Assembly (NCBI GenBank): GCA_950097015.1
Contig: CATNEN010000027.1
Span: 372,001 to 436,000 of the forward strand
From: Macrostomum hystrix
Lineage: Eukaryota > Animalia > Platyhelminthes
DNA: 64,000 nt
Reading direction: 5' to 3'
The translations under genes were made by a program, and so were the position numbers. This document shows positions 35,431 through 48,800 of the stretch, piece after piece (the stretch's first letter is position 1; each line of letters opens with the position of its first letter). The notes beneath the pieces are model-generated. The model saw only the letters and a program-made list of their open reading frames with translations. It was not told the DNA's origin and made no database searches.

Positions 35431-36064
35431 GAAACAGAAGCAAAGTTCTAGAAAATCAATTTTATATAAAAACTCAGCAGAACTTATCGCTAAGATTGTA
35501 AAACTACCCCAGTCAGTTTGCTGAGTACTTTAGCTCATCGCAATCTTTACTTCCTGTCTTCCATCTTTCTTCTGATCCTCTGTCTCTAATGAATGCTATC
35601 AAAATCGCTACAAATATGGATATGTGGCTAATTTGGTTAGGGGAAATAAAACAGGAAAGTTTTTTTGCAGTATCAAAAAATCTTCTTCCCCATCCAGGGC
35701 AGTTCTACCCATCCCATGCACAATGAGACAGCAGGGCTTCGAGCAGGCGAGAAATGAGAAATTGGACTTATAATTGCAACAAAAAGAACGCATTTTATTT
35801 TGCTACAGTGCAACTTGCTCAAGAGATGCTCAAGGCATAAAAGGCTGGAGCAGCCAAGGCTTTAAGAAACGCACAGAACGGTCGAGATTTCTAAGAATTT
35901 TCGCGTGCTGGCTAAACAGGAAAGCTATGTACATGTAATTGCTGTTTGGCGCACATTGCAGACATAAGACAGATTTTTACAACACAGTTAAACAGATTTG
36001 TAGAAATGTCTTTTAGGCTAAATTCTTATCAATAAAATGAAAAATTTCAAAGTGCGCGCAATAA

Positions 36065-36833
36065 CTAAACAAATGTCACGTTGCTGATGTCGTATGTCGG
36101 GTCTGGCTCCTCCAGGTTGCCGACAGCAGCTTCAGCGCGGCTGACTTCGCCAAGCGGAGCTGCTGAAGTTTCTGCGCTGTTATTGGCTTCCAATGTAGCA
36201 GTTAGGGCTGTTCTGCAGAAAAATAATTGTAGTTTAGATGCAATGTAATCGACTGCCAGGTAAAAAAACGTTTCTATAAGCAGAAGTTGGAATTTTATGT
36301 CAACCTGGCTTCTCTCACTCCTACAGTAGCCACCTCACTCCCTACAGCAACCTCACTCCCAACAACAACCTCACTCCCTACAGCCACCTCACTCCCTACA
36401 GAAACCTCACTCCCTACAGCCACCTCACTCCCTACAGCCACCTCATTTCCTCAGAAAATAAGGGCTTAACTCTGTTGTTTATACTGAATGTAATTAATTA
36501 CACAGGTAACCCAATATTAAAGTCTGCATAGCAATAATAACGTCAGGCAAAATCGACTAGGAAAAGTCCAGCTCAATATAATATCGCTTAGTCTGTAGTG
36601 GACCGTGTGAGTTGACTATTTTGAGTTCCCCGCGCCGAGCAATTATGCCATGCAAATACAGCGACCCATAGTCCACCAACTGTTGGCTGAGAACTCAGTG
36701 GGTCATGCAGTGCTCATCGGCAAACTCTTCAAAAAATAGTGTGGCACCCAGCCTACAAAGGAAAACGTTTTCTTATAATAGTTTAGCAGCGAAATCGTCT
36801 GCCTAATCGCGGAACTGAGAAATCTGAGCAAAT

Positions 36834-36866
<33 letters not shown>

Positions 36867-39800
36867 TAGGCCCTCAATATTCTCTATTGACTGTTTTACT
36901 AAATTAGAAAACTATACGTCTGATATGTCTAATACCCGGCGATATTCCTTCCTTTCTATTGCGCCTATTTTACGTGGCCGAGGACTTTTGACCATAAAAC
37001 TTCATAGAACGGAAATAATAAAAACTTCAAACCTATCACAAATTTTCAAAATCGAAAAGGTGGGGTCGTACTATAATATAGATGTCTGGTGTCTGCAACA
37101 TTTCTTGCTAATTGTCAACATAATTGACCTTGTTTTCAGATCAAATAATATTGGCCAGGAAGTAGTCCAGTCTGGAAGAGAAGTCAAGTTAAAAGTTTGC
37201 TCGCAGATGACTACAACGGTCTACGAGAAATGTTTATGGTTGTCTGGTTTTGCTAGTATACTACTGCTAGCAGAATGCAATGCATTCTATGGGCTTAAAA
37301 GGCTGTTGTTGCAAAAATATGCATGTCAATTATAGTAGTCAATCTTATTCAATGCGCGCCTCCCTTCTCGTCCACAGAGTTTTCACATTCTCATTTGATT
37401 TTCTCTCCGCTCTGCCAACCCAACTTTTCTGGCCCAACCTATCAAATGCCAAATCAAAAGCCACCTTAATTGTAAAAATCACAAATCGGTGTTGTGCTCG
37501 TACCTGTCCGTTGTCGTCACTGGGGGCAGCTGATGCCCTTGCCGCCAGTGCGCATCGTTGCCGCCGCTTCCATATCCGTAGGCGGTGGTGGCAGCCAAGG
37601 AGTCGCCCGGTTCATACACGCCAGTGGTGCCGTAGCTATAGCCAGACTCAGTTGGCGGCGCCGGTGGCAAACGGCGATGACTGTGGGCCGGTACAACTGC
37701 CGCCTGCTGAGATGTCGTAGGCGGCGGAGGCGGAGGTGGCGGCGGCGGCGGCGGCGGAGGCGGTAGGTGCGGCGGCTCGTCAATGCTCTCGTAGGTCTGA
37801 TCGGTGGTTTGATGTCGGCTCCGATGTCGGCTCCGATCAAGGCGGGGCGGCCGTCCTATTGCCTGGCCTGCGCCATCTAGAATTGGATAAAATGTGCTTG
37901 CGCTTGGCTTTTCTGAAAGTAAACGGCGGGAGCTACTTTAACCAGTTTGACACATGCTAAATGCTTCGTCAGCTTGCCATCGTCAGTCAGTCATAGCCAG
38001 CTGATTGGAACAGCTATTTTCACGCTAACATTTTCTAGTCTTCCATGTGTGGAATTCGCGCTATGTTCACTGAGCGCGCGTTACTATTAGTAAGCAATCA
38101 CCTGCACTGTACAAGCGTAAGCTGTAAGGTCTTGTTTTTTTAAAACACGCCCTACCTGTGGGAGTTCGCGGCATCTCGCAAGCGGCCCGCCGCTTCTCAT
38201 TTGGATCTGGCGGCCGGCTGGTGAATCGCCGAATTCCTGGGTCCGTGGTACCGCTGCTGCCAGAGTTTTCCTCGTCGATTTCCTCCTCCTCGTAGCTCTC
38301 CGTTGGGGGTAGGGCGCGCAGCTGCTGAGCTCGGTGATAGGCCTCCGAGAGCTCGTCGTGATTGCTGCTCAGAGTCGTAGCGGAAGACACGCTCCGAGCA
38401 CGCATCAGCAGCAGCGCCGCGGGTCCTGGCGATACCGACTGCTGGTGCTGCAGCCGGCGCGCGACTCCGTTCTCGTACGGCGCCCGTCTGACCCGAGCCG
38501 TAGCTCCCTGCGGCAGCTGCTGCAGGCGGCGGCGGCTGCTGGCACCAGTTGTGCCGCCCTTGTCAGCGTCGAAGGTGGCGTAGGCCCGGATGTTGCCACG
38601 CGAGTCCACCGACTCGCGATCATCCTCATATTCGTAAGGAACAGACGGGGCAGATGGCGCTGAAGTCGGCGGCTGAGCAACTGGTGGTTTTGTCGGCGGC
38701 GGAGGCGGAGGCGGCAGTCCAGGACAGGGCACATACACGCTTTCAGGAGCCGCGGGCGAGGGCATCGCTCGCTGACGCATTTGCTGCAACGCGCGCTGCA
38801 CGGGAGGCCTTGGCTGCTTCTGAGCCGCGGAGCGCTGCACGGCGGATGAGCCGACGGGAGGCGCCGTCTTGACACCGCCGCCACTGATTCTGCCTGTTGT
38901 ATCATCAGCACCGCCGGGCCTTCTCTGCAGCTGCAGTTGCTGCTGCCTGCGGCAGAGGAGCGCAGCCGTTAGCGCCATCAGGCCTAGCACGAGCAGCATG
39001 ACGAGCGCAGCCACAAGGGCCACCTGCTGCCACCAGGAGATCCAAGATGAGGACGGAAGACGCTCTGCAGCATCAGCTCCGCCGCTGTCCGGCATTAACA
39101 CGTGTGGCGGCTGCTGCGGCCTGCGACCGCCATTTGCGGAGAAGGCGGTACCGTCTCCACCATTGGCGGCGCTGGCAGCGGCGGCGGCTGATGCTGCCAC
39201 GGTTGAATCAACTTCGACGACGCCTTCCAGGGGAAGACTGCCTGCCGCGTTCTCCGCTACCACTGAGTAGCGTAGCAGCTGGCGACGGCCGATCAAACGC
39301 TGTCCTTGACGTCGCGTCAGCACCAGGTTGTGGCAGCAGCCGCCAACGAGCTGGCTGGGCAGAAGTTCCACTGAAGCCGCCTCAAAGTCGTCAGCAGCTG
39401 AGTAGGCGTCGTCAACACTGCGAACGCGTAGCCGATAAAGCGCCGGCGGGCAGTTGTCACCCGGCAACACACTGGACAAGTTGAACTCTAGGGAGCGGCC
39501 GCGGCGGCCAATGCGGACCAGGGTCCGCTCCGACTCCGGCACGGTCGCAGCCCATGGCGCCAAGACTGGCGCAGCGCCCGGTGCGTGGAGCGTCAGCCGC
39601 CTGCTGAACTCGCTCTTGAGTCCGCCGGCATTGACGGCTCGAAGGCGAAACTCCACCCGGACGCCGCAGGGCAGCGGATCGAGGACGAAGGACCGGTTCG
39701 TCGCTGGCAGGACGCGGGCCGTCTCCGTACCGTCTCCGCCATTCTGCAGAGTAGTCGAGTGAAGCTCGAATTCGCGAAGTCGCGATCGGCTATTGAAGCT

Positions 39801-42800
39801 GGTTGCGTTGCCACCGCTGACGAGGTTGGGAAAGGCTGCGCTATCGAGCCCAATGCCATGGGTGAGCCAGATCACCTCCAGCGAGCTGGCAGTGCTGCGT
39901 CCTGGCCGCAGCTCCGGTGATGGCGGCGTGGCTGAAAGAGTGCAGAGCGGGATGTTCATAAAGTTTCGGCATAATTTTCTAGTAGTAGTCAGTTAGTAGC
40001 AATTCTCACGATTGGTGTTTGAGTCCAGCAGTTCAATGTTGTAGACGACCTCATGTTGGCCATCCCTTGTGCCGCAGGTATGCACGCCTGCGGCTAGTAC
40101 CTGTTTAATTAGCGCCGATCCGTTGGGCAGTTTGATTGTTGGCGAGTGGCTGGAATGAAATATTTGTAGACGCCGCACTTTGATTGGCTGACCAATGCTA
40201 GCCACTACAATCAAGCAAACCTCGAAAACATTGAATTTCATGTGTTACTCTTCCTAGTTTATCTTTTGATTGGCAGGAAGGTGGAAAATCTACATCTAAT
40301 TACTCACTCTAAGATTGGATGCTTCCAGTGCAGATCTGTGCTGCCCTGGCCCACAGCGTAGCAGTCGAGCATAATCTGCGAACCGCTTGGTACCTTATAC
40401 ACGTGAGAGAACGACATGATGGACAGCGGGGCTGAAAAATTACGATTCGAGTGTGCAATTTACGAGTAGTTTAGTAAAAATCGTTTATAAGAGTAAAAAT
40501 ATTTCAAAAATATCCAAGACTTACACCACACGACCAAACTCACCGTAGACAGTACACCACACGACCAAACAAACCATAGACAGTACACCACACGACCAAA
40601 CTCACCGTAGACAGTACACCACACGACCAAACACACCATAGACAGTACACCACACGACCAAACACACCATAGACAGTACACCACACGACCAAACACACCA
40701 TAGACAGTACACCACACGACCAAACAAACCATAGACAGTACACCACACGACCAAACAAACCATAGACAGTACACCACACGACCAAACTCACAGTAGACAG
40801 TACACCACACGACCAAACAAACCATAGACAGTACACCACACGACCAAACTCACTATAAAAAGTACACCACACGACCAAACTCACCATAGACACTACACCA
40901 CACGACCAAACACACCATAGACAGTACACCACACGACCAAACAAAGCATAGACAGTACACCACACGACCAAACTCACCATAAACAGTACACCACGCGACC
41001 AAATACACCATAGACAATACGCCACACGACCAAACAAACCATAGACAGTACACCACGCGACCAAATACACCATAGACAATACGCCACACGACTAAACACA
41101 TCAATCGCATGTCTGAATTCAGAAACTCTTACGCGTTTCCAAAGCATCGAAGATAACTTGAGGCGAGCAGTCGCCTTCGCCGACGTGTTCAACAATGGCG
41201 CTAACGCAGAACTCGTAGCGGCCACCCGGCTGCAGGCCGTCAATGCGTTTGTGCTCGTAGTGAGACCAACCGCTGGTCGAATGGTTGAGTCTAACGGGTA
41301 TATTGAAGCTAGCGCTGCCGCAAGCCGTAAAGCAGCTGTAGTGCAGGCTGTAGCCAATGAGGCGACCGTTTGCTCGCGACGCCGGAGTGACGCGCCATGC
41401 GGCAACTGCTGCGCGCCCGTTGTCGGCGCTGGAGACTCGCAAGCCTTCGGGCGGCGGCGGTCGAGTCGGGCGGGTTCGACACACAGCCGGTGGATGTGAG
41501 CGCGGTGAGCGGCCTTTGGCATTGGAAGCGGTAACTGTGAAACTGTAGCTCGTGTACGCGTTGAGGTTTTTAACCAGCAGCTGCTGCCGACTTCCAGGTT
41601 GAGGATCCGGCCGCACAGGAATCTCGATGGCACGCGACTCGTCTGAAAAAGCAGTGCTCTAGAATAAACTCAGGAGATGCGCAAACTCGCATTCAGCCCC
41701 GCACTAGGGTTAGGGATATCACTAATGGAGAGTTTCTTAAAACGAATGGGCCCTTACTTTCAATCGCTGAATCTTCAGTGGGCATGTAGAGCACCTGGTA
41801 TTCGACAATCTCATCGGTTGCATCTCGTGTGCCCGATGGTGGCAACCAAGTCAGCAGCACATTGCCATCGATGCTGACTTCGCAGAGAACGTTCAATGGC
41901 GGATTGCTCGGAGCTGGAGGCAGAGAAATGGAAGGAGGGCGTGCTTTCAAGCTACTGTTAGTAGAGGGAGCAGTAACAACATATATATTTATATCAACGC
42001 TCTAGACAGTAGATGTGGTTCGGCAGGCCTCACTAGTCTCTGGAGTTCGACCCACAGCGCACACCGGAGGTCCTGCGCCAGCCGAGTTGTGCGCGGCCAG
42101 CCGGACCTGATAGACTGTGCCCGCCTGCAGAGTCAGAAAGGCCACACCGGCGCCGGCTTGACAGGCGCCAGCAACGTCGGCGGAGGACGCCGCAAAATCG
42201 CCTGCTCGGCCGAGGATCGCCGACGGGCCGGGACAGCGGACTATGGCGTCGGTCAGGTCGACAGCAGCGGTACAGTCGGCCTCGCGATCCACTGCTGGCA
42301 GGCGCCGCAGAGCCAGGCTGTAGTCAGCGATGCGTCCGTTGCGCACGGCTGCCTCAGGCGGCTGCCAGTCGACGCGCAGTGCCGACGGACCGAGCGGTCG
42401 CACCGTCAGGAGACGGGCTGGTCCCGACGGCGGGCGCGCCTCAGTGTCTGCCTCGCAGGCAGCCGGTGGACTCGAACCGGCAGCATTCTCGGCTACCAAT
42501 TCGAAAACGTACCGGCCGCCCGGACGGAGGCCCTCAATGCGGACGCTCTTGGCATCGGCCGGCAGCTGGCGCTGGACTGTGGAATTGTCACCGGTACGGC
42601 CGATGCCATCCTCGGGCTCGGGAAGCAGACGATAGGCTAGGCGATAGGATGCCACATCGCTTCCGGAGCTCGGAGATGCCTGGACTGGCGGCTCCCACTG
42701 CAGCATAACCCAGTCGTGTCCTCGGTCAGTGTGCCTCAATGAGGCGACCCTTCCGGGCCGTTCGACCACGTGGACTTCAATGGACTGCTGGCTGGGCTGT

Positions 42801-45800
42801 CCGACTGGGTTGTGTCTGTTGCTGGCCTGGCAGGTAAAACGGCCGCGAACTCCGCGATTCACGTTCGACAGAATCAGGCTGGTGCCGTCCTCTGTCACCC
42901 TGATGGCGGCATAGTCGGTCGACTCTGACGCTGACTCGGACGCTGGCAAAATTCGTTCTGGCAGACAGCTGTCTGTTGTTGATGGGATCTGACGGAGATT
43001 TGAGTGAGAGATTACACAACAATCATGGATTAGAAAGTAACTGGTCTTAACTGGCTGGATGTAAGGATATATTGAAACTCATAGTGTCCTAAACACCTGC
43101 TCAAGCCGCTAGCTACTCATTGGGGTCAAAAACCCACCTCGTATCGGAGCCGGCACTCGGCATTCCTGCCGGCCTCGTAGTGGCCAATCCACTCGATTCG
43201 AAGCGGCTTATCGCCTTCGACGCTGCAGTCAACCTGGCCGCTGGCTCCGGCAGTCAGCACCAGCCGGCTGGTGTGAAACGGCTTCACCTGGGCCGGCACG
43301 CGGATGTTCGGATTGAACGTCGCCGAGCGCAGCTGCTGCCGGATGGCCACGTCGGTGGCGCACAGGAAGCTGCTGTCGTCTCGCTCGATGCGCACAATGT
43401 GCAGCGTGCCGTTTGGGAACTGGTAGATACGTCTGCTGGCGTTGTGAGCAACGCGAACCTCCGGTGAGTAGATGGGCACTCGCTTGTCTTTGGGGAGTGA
43501 AGAAGTGGGACTCGATACATCAGGCGTCTCAGACAGTGTACTAAATTCCTGCTTACATCTTCACACATTAACACAGATGCATCAGGTAAAACACGTGCAT
43601 TCTTACACAACGACATACAGGACTCACCTTTGCGCACCGCATTGCCCTGGAACCAAATCACGGCCGGTGTGTCCGGCCCGGACTGGGTGAGGGCGCAGTC
43701 AACCGTCAGTGACTCGCCCACTACAACCTCGCGACTGTTGGGCGGACTGCCAGACTTAAAGCGGAACTCCTCTGAATGTTGGGATCATCGCGTTGATTTT
43801 TGGACGGACTTGAAACCAGAAAATGGATAAAAATAGAATGAAAAGCACGCTTATTACCTTTATATTTGACCCGCCTGACAAGCGCCACCTGGTCATAGCA
43901 GTTGACAATTCTGCAGGTGAATGTGCCCTGGTAGTTGATGTTCTGCGGATGCCTGATGTCCAGGGTGGCCTCCAATCGAGCCCAGTTCTTTCTGACCTCT
44001 GCTGGCACTCCAGCCCTGACGAACCGGTCGGACAAGCCGCTGCTCCGGCAAGTGGCGTTCGCGGTGTGGAAGCCGCCATCGATCGGTATGTACTGCGGCG
44101 GGGAAATGCATTTTCAAGCGAGGAAATGGTGATTGATGGCCTCATTTGGACTGATCTTGGTTTGAGTTTGAAGATTTGTGGCCAGGAGGTCGGGAGTTCG
44201 TTCTCAGCCCAGAAAAAAGATTTTTGTCCATGAGCAACACACGGCCCCAGTCCATAGATTTAAAAATTGTATACAGCCTGTACACAGCTAAATTCTTACT
44301 GAAAGCAAAGACTTCTCTCACCTTTACTATCAACGGATCTAGCAGAATCTGCTTCTCCAATTTACCATCGGAGCTGCTACCATTGACAAACTCCCACCAA
44401 GCGAACCAGACGTCAGTCTGCTGATTGACAGGCCGGCAGGCATCCGTGATGGACATCTCGGTGTCCAAGTCGCCCTGCTTGCTCAGCTCCTTGGCTTTGA
44501 TGCCGGGCACCACCCGAACTCTGGCCGATGCGAAGAGCGCGCCGGCGCTGGACACCGCCGTTTCCTGCACCAGCTGCGGCTGCAGTGCGCTGAGATCCAA
44601 GCCGGCTGTGCAGGTGTACAATCCGGAGTCGGCCGGTTCAGCGCGAATTACCTGAGCGACGTTGGTCAAAACGAAAAAAAAGATTGACTACCAGGTGAAT
44701 GATTGACTACCAGGTGAATGATTGACTACCAGGTGAATGATTGACTACCAGTTTAATGATTGACTACCAGGTGAATGATTGACTACCAGTTTAATGATTG
44801 ACTACCAGGCGAGTGATTGACTACCAGGTGAATGATTGACTACCAGGTGAATGATTGACTACCAGGCGAGTGATTGACTACCAGGTGAATGATTGACTAC
44901 CAGGTGAATGATTGACTACCAGGCGAGTGATTGACTACCAGGCGAATGATTGAGTACCATGTGAATGATTGAGTACCAGGTGAATGATTGAGTACCAGGT
45001 GAATGATTGACTACCAGGTGAATGATTGACTATCAGGTGAATGATTGACTACAAGGTGAATGATTGACTACCAGGTCAATAATTGACTACCAGTTTAATG
45101 ATTGACTACCAGGCGAATGATTGAGTACCAGGTGAATGATTGACTACCAGGTGAATGATTGACTACCAGGTGAATGATTGACTACCAGGCGAATGATTGA
45201 CTACCAGGCGAGTGATTGACTACCAGGCGAATGATTGACTACCAGTTTAATGATTGACTACCAGGCGAGTGATTGACTACCAGTTTAATGATTGACTACC
45301 AGGTGAATGATTGACTACCAGGTGAATGATTGACTACCAGTTTAATGATTGACTACCAGGCGAGTGATTGACTACCAGGCGAATGATTGAGTACCAGGTG
45401 AATGATTGAGTACCAGGTGAATAATTGAGTACCAGGTGAATGATTGACTACCAGGTGAATGATTAATGGTTGCTATATCATAGATAGAGATCAGAGAGAG
45501 TCGCCGAAAGCGATGGAGATGGATGAGACATGTGGCTGGAATAATACTGGGCCGGCCGAGTCCGTACCAGCAGCTGGTTCGGCTTCGCCAGTCCGTTGAC
45601 TTGGGTCCTGTGGTCTCTAGGCAGGGTCAGAGGCTGTCTGCTTCCGTCAACCAGCAGTTGCCAGCTCAGCCGATAGTTCGGCAGTCGCTGTTGATGACTC
45701 TGTCTGGCTGGCTCCGAGTCAAGAAGCAGCGAGTTCAAGCCGCCGAGGACGCGGCAGTCGAGAACGAACGAGCGGCCAACCAGGGCGTGAATGTCGGCCA

Positions 45801-48800
45801 TTGGGCGCACCTCCAGGCGTGGCGCTGCAGGGGGGATTTGGAATACCAGGTGCTTTTTGGAAGTCTTTGTTCTTCGTACTTGTACTTTGTACTTTTGCTT
45901 TGTAATTGTACTTTTTACTTGTACTTTGTGCTTGTACTTTGTATTTGTTTTTTGTACTTGTACTTTGTAATTTTATTTTGTAATATGTACTTTTACTTTG
46001 TACTTTTACTCTATACTTGTACTTGTACTTGTACTTTGTACTTGTACTTTGTACTTGTACTTTGTACTTGTACTTGTACTTGTACTTAGTACCTGTACTT
46101 TGTACTTGTACTTGTACTTGTACTTTGTACCTGTACTTTGTACTAGTACTTGTACTTTGTAACTTAAATCGCAGTGAATAAATTTAAATTTGTCGATATT
46201 TTGAATATTATCAATTTTTTTCATGTCAGAAAGTTATTTTTATTATTATTTTAAAATGCCGATGAAAAATCGATAAAGAGAGTGTGTGTGAGAGCTCAAT
46301 TGAATAAAATCAAAATTAATAACGTATTAATTCTAATAGAAAATAGGTCACAGAATATCTGAACTGAAGTAAGACAAACTGGAGCGGTAGTTGCACAGAT
46401 TTTGTGATTTTGTGTCGAATCCGGCAGTTAAGCGCGCAGCCAAAAGCGGAATATGCAGCCAACCGAACAACATTATTACAATTTGCGTATTTTTGCGGTT
46501 GGATAAACTGGAAAACAGAGTCTGTGCAAATGTTTGTCCCTTGGTGTTGGGCGGGTCATAGCAATAAATTAATTAGTCTGTGTGCTAGCACCTCCGACTT
46601 GTCACCAGCAAGCATTCATTTAAAGTCTTTTCAAGTGACGGACCCAGAACTTGGACAAGTTGTAAGGAAAACTAAAAAAACAGCTTTTGTTGGTTAGTTA
46701 GGTTAGGGTGGGCGTTAACTGAAGCTGTGAAATAAGTCCGCGCTGATAAAACATTTATGGAATGTGAATGAATTGCACAAACTAAAGAACATAGAAACAG
46801 CTGGAATCTTACCAACTTGGAACAGCTGGAATCTTCCCAACTTAGGAACAGGTGGAATCTTCCCAACTTAGGAACAGCTGGAATCTTACCAACTTAGGAA
46901 CAGGTGGAATCTTCTTAAGTTACGAAAATATAGAATCTTCCCAACTTAGGAACAGCTGGAATTTTCCCAACATAGGAAAAGCTGAAATCTTCCCACTTAG
47001 GAACAGGTGGAATCTTACCAACTTAGGAACAGGTGGAATCTTCCCAAATTAGGAACAGCTGGAATTTTGCCAACTTAGGAACAGCTGGAATTTTCCCAAC
47101 TTAGGAACAAGGTGGAATCTTCCCAACTTAGGAACTTAAGTTAGAAGTTCTTAAGATTCCAATCTTAAGTTGGAATCTTCCCAACTTAGGAACAGGTGGA
47201 ATCTTCCCAAATTAGGAAAAGCTGGAATCTTCCCAACTTAGGAAGAGGTGGAATCTTCTTAAAGAAGATTCTACGAAAATATGCAATCTTCCCAAATTAC
47301 GAAAATTTGGACTCTTCTTATCTTGAAGAAAATTGGAATGTTCCCAAAGTAGAACTTCATAATAAGAAATCTTCCCAACTCATAAGCTAGTATCCTCCCA
47401 ATTTGATGAGTTTCAATTTCTCCGCCAGCAAGCAACTCACGATCCGTGATGCCCAGCAAGTAAATCTCGCAAGCAGTTTGGCCAAAATCGTTGACCGCCT
47501 CTACGGCCAGGGTTCCGGTGTGACCAAGCTGGGTGACCCTGAAGTCCACCTGGACCCATAGACTGCCAGCCGAGTGGCTCTCCCGGCTGATCTTGAAGAC
47601 GCCGTTCAGCTCGAAATCATGAAATCGTTTCCGGCTGCCGTCCAAGTAGAAATTTAGCGTAGGTCGTTGGTTCGATTCGAATGTGCAGGCTAGGCTACCG
47701 GAAGCACTGGGAAAAGTCCCGTTCAGGTGTAGCGGGATCTGTGATTGGCTGGGCAGCTTCCGCAGCAGAGCCGGTGGCAGCTCTAGGCGGGGAGGAAGGC
47801 GTGAAAATTTGGAAATTTACTGATTCTTCCTACTTCATATTTTTTCCGACAAAGTGGTTTACTTTTCAATTTATCATCATTGACTCTTCCTTTTCTATAG
47901 TCGCTACAAACCCAGTCCCCAAGCTGAGTCCCCGGCTCACTCTTAACAGTCAGCAGTGTCGATGCCTGCGCCGAATCAAACGGCACCCCGCCGCCACCGC
48001 CGATTCCGTCGGCACCTCCGCGCGGCAACCGCTCCAGCAGGCACTGATAAACTCCAGCATCGGCTCGCTCAGCATCGGTGATTCTGAGCACAGACCAGCC
48101 GTTTCGTACCTGGGTATTGTGCAACTGCCCAGTCTGTCTGCCATTGTGCAGCCAACGAACTCTGTCGATTGGCCAGCCGGTAACTCGACAGCGGATGCTG
48201 ACGTTGCCACCGTAGTCGACGCTGAGGGCGGTTTGCGGTATGCTGGCTGACAGCGGACCTGCGATAAAGTCGGGGTTCGGCGTGCTTTGAGTGACAGTTC
48301 GACTCTCGAACTCGAGGCCGCATTAATTTAGGTCTAGGACGTCGTTGGACGTCTAGAAAATGGATGAGGAACATTAGAACTTAAAGCATAAGGACTTGTT
48401 ACTTAGGTAGTACTCACTGTACAGATCCAGCTGGATCTCCTGCACCAGCTGGTTGTCGAAGCTGCACGCATAAAGGCCGGCGTCTTCTGGTCCGTCGGGC
48501 CGAAGCCTCAGGCTGCCATCGCTGCTTTCATTGCCAGCGAGGAGCAGCGAATATTTGGCTGTAGATGAAGACGTTGACAACGTCGCGCCGTCCTTTGACC
48601 AGTTGTAGCGACTACGAACGCCGGCCGGTGCGTTTGGCGCGTAGCATGGCAACAAAATATCCTCACTGAAGTCTCCTGCGGTCGCAAATTTTCGCGCCAC
48701 CCTCAGCCGCGGATTCGGCTCGGTCAAGCGTCGCCATGAAGCAGCCGGCTCCTCAACTTTAAATGGCATTGCCTGCGTTGTCTTGACAACAGGTTCGATG

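Noticed and set aside
41704-41716. TTAGGG telomere-like snippets (also near 46700 and CCCTCTAA in the 22-mer array)
   Set aside because: Only one or two units; not an interstitial telomeric array.
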